Assembly (NCBI GenBank): GCA_964609855.1
Contig: CAZSTB010000002.1
Coordinates: 15,541-79,540 of the forward strand
Direction: 5' to 3'
Origin: an uncultured Bdellovibrionales bacterium
GTDB lineage: Bacteria; Patescibacteriota; Minisyncoccia; Moranbacterales; GWC2-37-73
Length of the DNA: 64,000 nt
Part shown: positions 28,561 through 37,919 of the stretch, piece by piece
Layout of the letters: each line of letters opens with the position of its first letter
How positions within the stretch are numbered: position 1 is the first letter of the stretch
Notes under the pieces: model-generated
Told to the model about the DNA's origin: nothing
Database searches by the model: none
Seen by the model: the letters and a program-made list of their open reading frames with translations, nothing else
Position numbers and translations under genes: made by a program

Positions 28561-29553
28561 TTATTTAACGGCTCTAGCTGGAGAAATTGCAGCAAGTTTG
28601 TTTGATTCGATTACTGTGTCGTCCTGTACGGTGAAACCTCCCCAGACATTTAAAGCGCCTGCTCTTTGAACACGGGAAATTCCGAAATTTTCATTTCCAA
28701 TGATTTCTGATTTATTGATGTCGATGCGTCCAGTTTTTCCGTAAGCATTTACCTCCAATCCTTCTCTGCCGTTCTTTTTCATGGAGTTGTTTTTGGTCCA
28801 AATTTCGCTTCCATCCAAAGTCAATTTTACACCGCTTCCTCGGTTATCTTTGAAAGAATTATCTTCGAGCCAAGCTTTTGTTCCGGCTGCCAAATCTATT
28901 CCGTCATTGTCATTATCAGTGATTTCATTGTCAATCATGACAAGCCTACGTTTTTGTGAATAAATTCCGCTTTTTCCATTTTCAGTGATGGTTGAATCAG
29001 TAATACTAACTTTTTCCTTATCAGAGATCTTTCCCTCACCTATTTTTATACCGTCTTTTTCGTTATCTCTTACAATTACTTCAATAATGGAAACCTTAGC
29101 ATTATCCTTTACCCAGATACCATTTTTTCCATCTTTGATGGTAACCTTGTTGATTTCAGTTTTGTCCTTCATGCTAACGACAACTTTATTTTTATTTCTA
29201 GCTTTAATAACAACTTCTTTATCACTAGTTCCGTAAACATTTACTCCGCGTGGAATTTCAATGTTATCGACATATTCACCTTTAGCGATATGCACATCAG
29301 TTCTGCTGTTTGCATGAGCAAGCGCTTCAGAAATAGTATGATATGGATTAGAAGCTGAACCGGTTTCCTTACCTTTTGCGTTTCTGTCTACATAAATGTC
29401 ATTGCGCGAACCAGCAAAAGACAAAGATGGAAGCACAAAAATTGCCAACATTAAGGCGGAGCCTAAAATCTCCATTTTTTGCTTGTTTAAAAGGTTTTTC
29501 ATGTTCTTCATTGCTTTAAAATTAGTTATTAGGAGAACTGTATATAATAGCAA
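28561..29553 (-). CDS. secreted right-handed parallel beta-helix repeat protein
   Basis: A signal peptide is followed by repeated xNGxxGIxVxDN/NxxxG(I/L) PbH1-like ~22-aa units. Confidence 0.65.
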   Translation of the reverse strand: MLLYTVLLITNFKAMKNMKNLLNKQKMEILGSALMLAIFVLPSLSFAGSRNDIYVDRNAKGKETGSASNPYHTISEALAHANSRTDVHIAKGEYVDNIEIPRGVNVYGTSDKEVVIKARNKNKVVVSMKDKTEINKVTIKDGKNGIWVKDNAKVSIIEVIVRDNEKDGIKIGEGKISDKEKVSITDSTITENGKSGIYSQKRRLVMIDNEITDNDNDGIDLAAGTKAWLEDNSFKDNRGSGVKLTLDGSEIWTKNNSMKKNGREGLEVNAYGKTGRIDINKSEIIGNENFGISRVQRAGALNVWGGFTVQDDTVIESNKLAAISPARAVK

Positions 29554-29558
29554 ACTTA

Positions 29559-30806
29559 TCAGGGTTTGTCAATAGCTATGGAATCAGTCTTGATTTCCTC
29601 ATTTTTAACTATTGTTTCTGAAAAAATTGCCGCCAAACTATGCGCATATCTTTCTGGTGCATATTTATCAAGGCGAGCCTTAATCTCTTGTTCGATAAAC
29701 ACTTTTTCGCCGCTTGCAATCTGTTTCACATAAGCTGAAAACTCTTTTTTGGATTTAGCGATAAACCCGCTTATCCCATGCTCAATTATTTCCCCGTATG
29801 CTCCGCTATCAAATGAAACGAAAGGCTTTCCAGCGCTGATAGCTTCCAATGCGACGAGTCCGAAAGTTTCCGGAAGCATTGAGCCGGATACAACACACAT
29901 ACTGCTTCGCATATATTGCGCTAATTCATCCGCGCCGACAAATCCCAGATAAACGATATTCGGATGCATTGTCATTGCAAAGCCAGGCTCCATTTCACCA
30001 GCCAAATAAAGCTTCATACCATCAATCTTAGTAAATATTTCAATTAAAATATCTACGCCTTTTTCTTTTGAAATCTTACCCGCATAAAGTGCGAATTTAT
30101 CAGCGACTGAAAAAGAAACTTTTCTGGAAAGATTACCACGACTCCTCGGCATAAAATGTGGAAGCATCAGAATTTTTTCTGAGGAAATCCCCCAGTCAAC
30201 TAAAACTCTTTTCGTAAATTCGCTAGGCGCAATATAGCAATCAATATTTTTTTCGTAAGTTCCAAGCCAACTATGCCAATACATTTCCGCCATTGCTAAG
30301 AAGCTTTTGGCATAAGAATTTTTAACGCATTTATCCAGAAAACACTGATAATATCTTCTGTTGGCACAGCGCCGATAAGGACTTCCGTTTAAGCGCAAAG
30401 AATGATTAGGATTGATAAGCTTGAAATCATGAACAGTCATAACCACAGGAATGCCGCGTTTTTTTATTTCAAACAGAATTGTCGGATCTAGCTGATGATA
30501 GATATTATGGATATGGACGATATCCGGCGCAAATTCATCAAGTATCGCTTTTATTTTTTTGTGAGCTTCGAAAGAATAAAACATACGCAATACTCCTTTC
30601 ATTTTCTCCAAGAATGTAAAACTTTCAGAATATCCCACTCGAGAAAGAAAGAACTTGCTCCATTCGGAATACTCATTGTCAGCTTGCATCATAGAAAACT
30701 CCGCAACCATGTGTCCATTCTGTTTTAAAAGCGCGCTCACATCCAAAAAGTGCTTATCCGCACCTCTTTTGGCATTATAAAATTTGTTGATTTCTAAAAT
30801 TCGCAT
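29559..30806 (-). CDS. glycosyltransferase family 4
   Basis: The GT4 fold is evident, including the C-terminal E…GFGLVALEA region. Confidence 0.8.
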   Translation of the reverse strand: MRILEINKFYNAKRGADKHFLDVSALLKQNGHMVAEFSMMQADNEYSEWSKFFLSRVGYSESFTFLEKMKGVLRMFYSFEAHKKIKAILDEFAPDIVHIHNIYHQLDPTILFEIKKRGIPVVMTVHDFKLINPNHSLRLNGSPYRRCANRRYYQCFLDKCVKNSYAKSFLAMAEMYWHSWLGTYEKNIDCYIAPSEFTKRVLVDWGISSEKILMLPHFMPRSRGNLSRKVSFSVADKFALYAGKISKEKGVDILIEIFTKIDGMKLYLAGEMEPGFAMTMHPNIVYLGFVGADELAQYMRSSMCVVSGSMLPETFGLVALEAISAGKPFVSFDSGAYGEIIEHGISGFIAKSKKEFSAYVKQIASGEKVFIEQEIKARLDKYAPERYAHSLAAIFSETIVKNEEIKTDSIAIDKP

Positions 30807-30846
30807 ACAGACAATTTTTCAATATTAATTCACAATTTTTTAATCT

Positions 30847-32283
30847 TTAATTAGCCTGGTTTTCTTGCAAGCGCCTCAGTAATCCGAGATTTATCCAGAA
30901 AAATATGCTTAACAGATTCGCTTCCAAATAAGGTTGGAACATAAAGGCAATTATCTGCATAAGCAAGATTCCCATTGCCGCGCTGGATGCAATCTGCCAA
31001 GTGTCATCGCTAAATTTCTTTTTCAGCAGCGGATAGCCCAGGAAAATAATTGCTGCCGCTAGTGATCCAAGACCCATAATTCCCATTTGAACCAATATCA
31101 CCAGAAAAGAATTATGGATATTTCTAATTTCCACAAAGTCATGATATTTTCCTATTTCAACAGAAACTAATTTTCCATAGCCAATTCCAATTAGCGGACT
31201 GCTTACATATTGCTTGATAGATTGCTGCCAAACTGCGCTGCGCCAGATTATGCTCTCATCGCCGCCAGTATTCGTAATTGAGGTAACACGAGAACTGAAC
31301 ATCCCCACGCTGTTCATTAAAGATTCGTAAGCCTCGGAGCGTGGGAATAAGGTCGCACCATAAAAAATAACGACAAGCAAACAAGTTACGATCAAGATAT
31401 AATTAGTTGCATATTTTTTTATTCTTTCGCGCTCAGCCTTGGCAAAAATTACGATTAAAAATATCACCGCGAAAAACAAGCTTATCCACAGATGCCTCAT
31501 CATAGAACCCGCAACGCCCAAGAACCATATCGGAGTCAAAATTAGCAGCCACTTGGAAAATCTATTCCAGCGATAAGCGATGTATACCAAGGATAAGAGC
31601 AGCATCATCGCAAGATAAAATCCGTGTGTAAAAGCCAGCGTTCTGACACCCTCGGTTGAAAGCGGAGTGAAATCAGACCAGAGTCCTTTACCTGTAACGA
31701 TTCCATAAAAAACAAACCAGAGAATTGAAATGGCGCCGGCATATAATGTTGCTGCCAACTCTTTCAGGTGTTTTTGATTGTTAATCAAAATAAAGGTCGC
31801 AAAATATAATAGCGCATAATATGCATAGTTCTTACTACTACTGAAAGTTAAAGATGAGTTGCTATGAAAAACTATCGTGCTCAAAAAGAAATAACTCACA
31901 GACATGGCAATAAAAACAAATATCGCCAAATCGATTTTTTTAAATTTGAAACTCAGCTTGCGCGCCGCAATTTGAAAAGCAATTCCGGCAAGCAATGCAA
32001 AAATGAGCACATCAATCGGATACAGCTTATATTCACTTCGTCCCATCACAATCGGCGCTAAGGTAAAGAATCTTTCAAAAATGAAGGTCAAAAAAATAAT
32101 CGCATACAGTCCAGCTCTGGGATGCAGAAAAGCTGCAGCTGAGCCTACACTCATAGCAACCAAATAAAGCGGCAAATTGAAACCGAAAAAGTAATTTGCC
32201 ATCAAAAACATCCCGACAAAAGCCACAATAAATATTGCGGCGATTAGATCTAGTGAAAGTTTTTTAGATTTTTCGTCTTGCAT
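30847..32283 (-). CDS. O-antigen ligase/polymerase-like (Wzy/WaaL family) polytopic membrane protein
   Basis: About 12 TM helices with a large late loop (…GGDESIIWRSAVWQQSIKQ…), typical of the Wzy_C family. Confidence 0.65.
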   Translation of the reverse strand: MQDEKSKKLSLDLIAAIFIVAFVGMFLMANYFFGFNLPLYLVAMSVGSAAAFLHPRAGLYAIIFLTFIFERFFTLAPIVMGRSEYKLYPIDVLIFALLAGIAFQIAARKLSFKFKKIDLAIFVFIAMSVSYFFLSTIVFHSNSSLTFSSSKNYAYYALLYFATFILINNQKHLKELAATLYAGAISILWFVFYGIVTGKGLWSDFTPLSTEGVRTLAFTHGFYLAMMLLLSLVYIAYRWNRFSKWLLILTPIWFLGVAGSMMRHLWISLFFAVIFLIVIFAKAERERIKKYATNYILIVTCLLVVIFYGATLFPRSEAYESLMNSVGMFSSRVTSITNTGGDESIIWRSAVWQQSIKQYVSSPLIGIGYGKLVSVEIGKYHDFVEIRNIHNSFLVILVQMGIMGLGSLAAAIIFLGYPLLKKKFSDDTWQIASSAAMGILLMQIIAFMFQPYLEANLLSIFFWINLGLLRRLQENQAN

Positions 32284-32463
32284 AAAGATATTTTCGAGTT
32301 TTTTAAATAGTTTTCGCTTTTTAAATCTCCTGCTTTTAAATTTCCGATATATCTCAATTTAATGGCTGATTTTGCTTTAAATTGGGAATTTATTTGAAAT
32401 TTAACGTCTCCAAAAATCGACTTTACTATGACCATCTATTATAGCACATCTAAATGAAATTGT

Positions 32464-32507
32464 AAAGGCCCCACGTTCTCGATGAGAGGTGGGGCCTTTG
32501 GTTTTTT
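32464..32507. terminator. hairpin terminator (AAAGGCCCCAC…GTGGGGCCTTT + T6)
   Basis: Seen directly, immediately 3' of the GC-rich gene block on the minus strand. The T-run is on the plus side, so it may act bidirectionally. Confidence 0.5.
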
Positions 32508-32535
32508 AGCGAACATTGGGAGTCGCTACTTCTCC

Positions 32536-33606
32536 TTAATCCTTATGGCAGTTGGTGCAGACGTTCAGCTTGGCCGACGGGATGTTGAGATGGGCTTTGA
32601 TATCCTTGATATCCTTGTGCATCTCTTCAACCTGCGGCATCAGTTGACCGTTTTTACGCTTGGACTCTCCGAGTTTGTCATGGAGCGAGCGACCTTTTTT
32701 GCTTTCGCCCACGTTCTTGTCGATCCGCTTGACGTGTTTAAGCGTCTTACGGGTCTTTTGTTGTACAGACTTCTCGTCCGGCTCGTCTGACTTATCCGGC
32801 TTGCCGAGCGAGTCGAGCGTGATTCTTGCTTTTTGCTGCAAGGTGCGCTCCTCGACAGGCTCTTCAGGAGTCCACATGCCGACGGACCTTACCAGGTACT
32901 GGACGCCATTCCTGATCTCGACGATGCAGGGCTGGGTGCAGATGCCGCCTTTCCCATCGGGGCAAGGACCTCTGCGTTTGACGGTCTTTCTCGGGTACGT
33001 CGGCGGGGTGACTTTTCTGGGAGCTTCTCTGACGACCGGAGCCTCTCTCACAACAGGAACGTTTCCTACACAAGGGAAGATAACGGGTCTGCCGTCGATG
33101 CCGAGCTCATTTGCTGACGGCACATACGGCGCTCCGGGGCCAACGTACAGCAAGTACGTGCCGCCGGATTTTGCAATGCCGGGGTCAGTAATGCTTCTGG
33201 CGCATGCCAGGTTCTGACCGACCTGGATATTCCTGTCCGGAAGTCCCAGCCAAAGCGTATCAAACCAGTTTGCATCCTTGGCGAAGTTGACTCCACTCTG
33301 ACCGCCCCTGATCACTTCCATAGGGACATCCCAGTACTTCGTCAAACCTTCGGTTCTTGCAAACCTGGTCGGCAAGTTGGGGTCGCAACCCTCGCGCAGC
33401 TTGTCTGCGCAAAAATTGACGGCTTCATCTTGCCACATGTCTTCGGCGCACTGGTAGCGAACCGAATAGCGGACGAACTCCTGGTTGTTCACCAGGACGG
33501 GTTCAGCATTCACCACGGCTCCTTTTGCGAGCCAGAGCGGTTTTGCCTGAGCCGACGTTGACGCTAACATAAGCGCCGCGATTGCCAATAAGATCATCTT
33601 TTTCAT
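32536..33606 (-). CDS. GC-rich secreted Cys-containing protein of unknown function (ends …NVCTNCHKD)
   Basis: Signal peptide MKKMILLAIAALMLASTSAQA. Third codon positions are G/C-biased (about two-thirds G/C in a ~60-codon stretch tallied by hand). Confidence 0.6.
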   Translation of the reverse strand: MKKMILLAIAALMLASTSAQAKPLWLAKGAVVNAEPVLVNNQEFVRYSVRYQCAEDMWQDEAVNFCADKLREGCDPNLPTRFARTEGLTKYWDVPMEVIRGGQSGVNFAKDANWFDTLWLGLPDRNIQVGQNLACARSITDPGIAKSGGTYLLYVGPGAPYVPSANELGIDGRPVIFPCVGNVPVVREAPVVREAPRKVTPPTYPRKTVKRRGPCPDGKGGICTQPCIVEIRNGVQYLVRSVGMWTPEEPVEERTLQQKARITLDSLGKPDKSDEPDEKSVQQKTRKTLKHVKRIDKNVGESKKGRSLHDKLGESKRKNGQLMPQVEEMHKDIKDIKAHLNIPSAKLNVCTNCHKD

Positions 33607-33620
33607 CTGTGGTCTCCTTT

Positions 33621-34778
33621 TCAGTGTTCCATCTGGTCGATGGTTTGACTGGAAATTTGGATGCCGGCAGGTTTGGCACTTTGCTTACCCACCGGAGTTT
33701 CTTTTTTCTGAATCGTTTTGGCGCGCTTTTCAGCGTACCAAGTGGTGATGTCAGGAGTGGCCTCATAGGCAGCAATGATGCCGCCAAAAGGCCCAAGACC
33801 AGTGAACAGATTGGCCGTAAGACCAAGGCTGAACCTGTTCTTGTATTTCACCCTTATCGATGGCGCAAAACCGGTGAAGATGTCTCCGTCTAAGAAACCG
33901 ATACTCGCACCTGCTCCGGAAATAACCTTGTAATCCTTGTTAAGCTTATGTTCCCAGAATATTCCCGGGCCCACGAAGCTGTCATGGTCAAAGATACTTC
34001 CGTCCACCTGCAGCGTCAACCTGTTCTTATGGTTCAGGATATGATCGAACTGCACGTGCGGCGTGAGCATGACGCCATCTTTGCGGTTCATGTCGAACCT
34101 CCAGAGAATTCCCATGTCTGCCTCAAACGAGTTGCGCAGACCAAGACCTCTGTAGTATCCGACATGCGGACCAAGAGCATAGTAGCCCCAATCCGCCCCG
34201 CTGGGAGCGGCGCCGTAATCACCTCGGAGGCTTGCGCCGATACCGAAGTTTTCTGCCTTCTCATATCTTGTGAACCACTGGAGCCATTTCAGGTTTCCCC
34301 AAACGCCCCAGGTGTCGTGTTCGAAGTTCTTCCAGGCTCCGGTCCAGAACGAGACCTCAGGAAAACTTCCCCAAGTCCTTTGCTCTGGATTTTCGAATTC
34401 CGGAAGCGCTTCAGAAGCAGCTGGCGCGGGTTGAACTTCCGCTGGAGGTTCCTCTTTTAACAGAGGAGCTTCGAGCGGTGCAGCAGAAACAGTAGGCGCC
34501 TGCTCCTTAACTTCAGGAACAATCGTCGGCTCCGTCACTTGCTGCTCAACCACGGCAGGCGCTTGTTCCTTAACTTCAGGAATAATCACCGGCTCAGCTA
34601 CTGGCGTCTCAACCACTGCGGGTTGTTGAGGGATACTTTTGCCTCGCGCATATTCTGCGAGAGCAGCGTCCCTTCTTTTTGCTCTGACAGACTGCAGATC
34701 CTTACACGGATCTTCAGCTGCCGCCACGACACTGACCGAAGCCAGCATCAACAATATCGCCATGAGTTTTTTCATCAT
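33621..34778 (-). CDS. GC-rich secreted protein: signal peptide, Pro/Glu-rich tandem repeats (PEVKEQAP x2), then a W/G/Y-rich beta-rich domain
   Basis: MMKKLMAILLMLASVSVVAAA is the signal peptide. The domain has alternating aromatic/glycine patterning. The stop overlaps the downstream gene's start (ATGA). Confidence 0.6.
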   Translation of the reverse strand: MMKKLMAILLMLASVSVVAAAEDPCKDLQSVRAKRRDAALAEYARGKSIPQQPAVVETPVAEPVIIPEVKEQAPAVVEQQVTEPTIVPEVKEQAPTVSAAPLEAPLLKEEPPAEVQPAPAASEALPEFENPEQRTWGSFPEVSFWTGAWKNFEHDTWGVWGNLKWLQWFTRYEKAENFGIGASLRGDYGAAPSGADWGYYALGPHVGYYRGLGLRNSFEADMGILWRFDMNRKDGVMLTPHVQFDHILNHKNRLTLQVDGSIFDHDSFVGPGIFWEHKLNKDYKVISGAGASIGFLDGDIFTGFAPSIRVKYKNRFSLGLTANLFTGLGPFGGIIAAYEATPDITTWYAEKRAKTIQKKETPVGKQSAKPAGIQISSQTIDQMEH

Positions 34779-35770
34779 TTTCTCCTTTTCGCAACTGCTT
34801 GCGCAGCGGGCGTTGGTTTTGTTTCGGTCTTTGCTGGTTCCACCGCGGGTGCGGGTTTTTCGATTTCTCTCTTGGTTTGCAGGGCAGCAATTTCAGCATC
34901 TTTCTTTGCCAGCTCCTCGTTCAATTCGCCGATAAGCGTCTGACGAAGTTGACTGACAATTTCAAACATTGCCGAAGCTTCTGCTCCTGTAATTTCCGAA
35001 TAGAAATCCCAACCTTTTGGCGGAGACTTCACTGTCTCCCAAAGCGTGATGGAAGCCTTTGCAACCATTTCCACCGGGTTAAGTGAGATCACCATCCTGT
35101 TTCGCAGCACAAAGCGTTGGAAACCAGTGTAGCCAGGGTTGATTCTGGCGATTCTCTTCATGTCATCCTCTCCAAGCGGAGAATAGACTTCGCCGTAATC
35201 AGTCTTGTAACGGTTCCAGGACTTAACCTGGGAATAAAACCCCTTTACAAGATGCCGAGTGCCAACAGCAACTCCATATTTTTCAACCAGCTCTGCACGA
35301 TATTTCTTTTCATCATTGAATCGAATGCGATCGATCGGCACTAATTTTCCGCTTGACCAAGTGCAGTCTGTACGCGACGAAAGCGGAATGAACTTTGCGG
35401 ACTTGAAGTCCGAAAATTTTCCATCAATTATCACGAAAGACATGAACTCGCCGCTACGGTAGTTGCCAGCCAACACAAACTGTGCGAAAGCCTCCTCCCC
35501 TTTGGAATTCACACTCCATCCGGGAAAAGAAATTCTGCCAGCGCGCATCTCTCCGCCAATCTGAGAATCAGATATGGGTGCGTCAATGATTGTTACCTCG
35601 CCGCTTTCGATAGCCGGCGTAACCCGAATTCCAACTGCGAGTTCGGGGTAGGTTGTGAGCTGCAAGGGCTTCCCGAAATGGAGCGGCGCTTCTCTGATAC
35701 CCTCAGAGTGGGCGCAACCGAAAATCGGAAGAGCAAAACAAATTGCCAGAACTGCGAACATTTTTCTCAT
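34775..35770 (-). CDS. GC-rich lipoprotein with a C-terminal coiled-coil/Ala-Pro-Lys tail
   Basis: The signal peptide with IFGC lipobox-like cysteine is MRKMFAVLAICFALPIFGCA. The tail is …LNEELAKKDAEIAALQTKREIEKPAPAVEPAK…. Confidence 0.55.
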   Translation of the reverse strand: MRKMFAVLAICFALPIFGCAHSEGIREAPLHFGKPLQLTTYPELAVGIRVTPAIESGEVTIIDAPISDSQIGGEMRAGRISFPGWSVNSKGEEAFAQFVLAGNYRSGEFMSFVIIDGKFSDFKSAKFIPLSSRTDCTWSSGKLVPIDRIRFNDEKKYRAELVEKYGVAVGTRHLVKGFYSQVKSWNRYKTDYGEVYSPLGEDDMKRIARINPGYTGFQRFVLRNRMVISLNPVEMVAKASITLWETVKSPPKGWDFYSEITGAEASAMFEIVSQLRQTLIGELNEELAKKDAEIAALQTKREIEKPAPAVEPAKTETKPTPAAQAVAKRRK

Positions 35771-35902
35771 GGCTAATCTCCTGTATTTTTCAATCCTTTT
35801 AAGTTGTAAAGGTCCAACTCAGCTCAAAACGATTTCGAGCTTACCAGGAGACTCTGATATTACAATCCAGAGTCCCATAATCTACTCAAAATACAATGCT
35901 AG

Positions 35903-36655
35903 TTATTCGTAAATTTTAAAATCGCCCATATTTTCATTACTTTGAAAGTTACCCGCGGTTTCCATTCTTGAGAGTGGTGAGGAATTGATTGGAGACTCAA
36001 CATGCTCAGCCTTGGTTAAGTGAGCGAAAATTGATTTCCTTCGACGACTTTCACCATAAACCAAATACAGCACACTAAGCATGCTACCCAATATGAATCC
36101 TCCGATTGTTGTTGCTAAAATATTTGCAATAGATGGATTCTTTTCTACAACGGGTCCGGATAATACTTTCACATCGATATTCTGACCATCGCCGCGAAAG
36201 AGACTGTTTTTTGTCGTTAGCACTTCCACAACCGACTGCGAAATTGAAATCGCTTTTCGCTGATCATTTTCAAAAATTTCTATTCCAATGATTCCTAAAT
36301 CAGGATTGCGGGAAACTTCGACGATTTTGCTCCATTGTTTGAGTTTTTCTTTTTTATCAAATGGTAGAAATTCCACATTAACTTTTCCAGTCTTTATAAC
36401 CTCATCAATGAAAAGTTCACTGTATACAGCTTCATTCAATATTTTTCCGATATACTCTGCCGATTTGGAAAGCGTATAAAAATCTTGTGCCCCACCTTGA
36501 TTTTGCACAATCAGATAATCAGTACTCACCTTGTAATTTTTCTCCTTTGCTAAAAGCGCAAAGAATGAAAAAGCTGCAATCAGCAAACCGAATAATAAAA
36601 TTATTCCTGCTTTTTTGCTTATTAAGGCCAATATTCGCTTATATTCCATATGCAT
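35903..36655 (-). CDS. polysaccharide co-polymerase (Wzz/chain-length-determinant-like) protein
   Basis: N-terminal TM, ~180-aa periplasmic domain, and a C-terminal TM (TTIGGFILGSMLSVLYLVYG). Composition is AT-rich, like the host genome. Confidence 0.55.
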   Translation of the reverse strand: MHMEYKRILALISKKAGIILLFGLLIAAFSFFALLAKEKNYKVSTDYLIVQNQGGAQDFYTLSKSAEYIGKILNEAVYSELFIDEVIKTGKVNVEFLPFDKKEKLKQWSKIVEVSRNPDLGIIGIEIFENDQRKAISISQSVVEVLTTKNSLFRGDGQNIDVKVLSGPVVEKNPSIANILATTIGGFILGSMLSVLYLVYGESRRRKSIFAHLTKAEHVESPINSSPLSRMETAGNFQSNENMGDFKIYE

Positions 36656-36732
36656 TGATTCATTAAATGATAACTTACTATCTTAGCAGAAAAATCAAAT
36701 TTTGTCAATAGCAGGGCAACTTTAAAATTAAA

Positions 36733-36766
36733 TATAAAAAAAGGCGGGGAGAAATTTCTCCCCGCT
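36733..36766 (-). terminator. rho-independent terminator (GGCGGGGAGA-AATT-TCTCCCCGC + T-run on minus)
   Basis: Seen directly, 3' of the lipoprotein gene. Confidence 0.6.
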
Positions 36767-36777
36767 CATCGCCACTA

Positions 36778-37725
36778 TTAGTAGCGGATAAGTCCGTCGA
36801 CGCTGACGTTTTGCTGTACGCCGTTTACGAAAAACTCACACACGGTTGGATCCGTGTTGAATGAAACGAAAGTTCCGTCCGGCCTCACCAGATAAGGCAT
36901 GCCGGCTCCCGAAGCTTGCGTAGCATTCGCTAGAACCGTTGTCGGCAGAACTAGCGCTGTTACGACGCCAGCTGCAGGATACCAGGAACCGTTATCATTC
37001 CAGGCAATCCTGTACCCAGCGATAACGTTGCCCTGAGCATCCAACACGGTTTCACCCAGGATGCCACTGACGAGATTCAGAAGCTTTCCTGCTGCAATTG
37101 CTGGTGTGATGTCGATTTGTCGCGTGAGCGTGTTGATACTCACTCGGGTTTTCACGATTACAACAGGTGCTGCAGGGTCTATGATAATTGGCGCAGTTCC
37201 CACTGGCTGGACGGCTGCATATAGCAAACCGTCAGCTTTTCTTTCTGCTACCATGCCAGCACCTGCTTTGATTACGAGCCAGTTGGGGTCCGTAATCTGC
37301 GCGAGTTCCGTGCCATCGTCCAACACATAGCTGAAGTTGCCGCCGGACGCGCCAATGGGCTGACCCGCGATTTCCACTGCGAGCGTACTCGGGTCAAATT
37401 GCAGGGCGATTCCCTTGGTGCAGTCATCCCTGTGAAATCCCACCGCGCGGTCGTTCCAGTAGATTTTGTTGACCCTCCCTTTTTCTACAAACACCTCTGC
37501 CACGCCGTTTGAGGCATGAACGAGATACTCGCGAACAATCGCCGGCTTGAAGACGGTTTTATCCGCGTCCACAAGAAGTAATGCCTTTGCTGCGTCCGTT
37601 TCTCCGATGCTCGGTGTGGTTACTGAACTGACTGAACTGGACTTTTCGTCGCCGCCTCCGCCGCCGCATCCCATCAGTGAGACTGCCAAAAATGTCGCTA
37701 CTGCGCCTAAAATTAGCTTTTTCAT
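36778..37725 (-). CDS. GC-rich lipoprotein (lipobox LMGC followed by a Gly-rich linker)
   Basis: MKKLILGAVATFLAVSLMGCGGGGG is the signal peptide and lipobox. Third codon positions are G/C-biased. Confidence 0.6.
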   Translation of the reverse strand: MKKLILGAVATFLAVSLMGCGGGGGDEKSSSVSSVTTPSIGETDAAKALLLVDADKTVFKPAIVREYLVHASNGVAEVFVEKGRVNKIYWNDRAVGFHRDDCTKGIALQFDPSTLAVEIAGQPIGASGGNFSYVLDDGTELAQITDPNWLVIKAGAGMVAERKADGLLYAAVQPVGTAPIIIDPAAPVVIVKTRVSINTLTRQIDITPAIAAGKLLNLVSGILGETVLDAQGNVIAGYRIAWNDNGSWYPAAGVVTALVLPTTVLANATQASGAGMPYLVRPDGTFVSFNTDPTVCEFFVNGVQQNVSVDGLIRY

Positions 37726-37919
37726 ACTACCTCCCTTTTCTTTTTGATTGTTGTATAGCTAAAAACTAGGCCTCCTAAATCAAATTAAATTGTTCAAGTA
37801 CAACCATATAGTATACTCCTAATTTAGATATTTGTCAAGCATGAATAATTATAGCGAATATAAAAAACTTCACTTGAAAGTGAAGTTTTTTAACGCGCGC
37901 TTAGATTTCAAGAATCAGC

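Noticed and set aside
32482-35462. Numerous 60-185-aa ORFs on alternative frames and strands inside the GC-rich block (e.g. 32660-33217, 33948-34460, 34539-34943)
   Set aside because: High GC suppresses stop codons. These ORFs overlap longer signal-peptide genes with coherent domain structure. They are an artefact of composition.
32464-37725. GC-rich block as a prophage or integrative element
   Set aside because: There is no integrase, no phage structural gene, no tRNA target and no flanking direct repeats. Host-type Shine-Dalgarno sequences and terminators are used, and an AT-rich wzz gene is interleaved.
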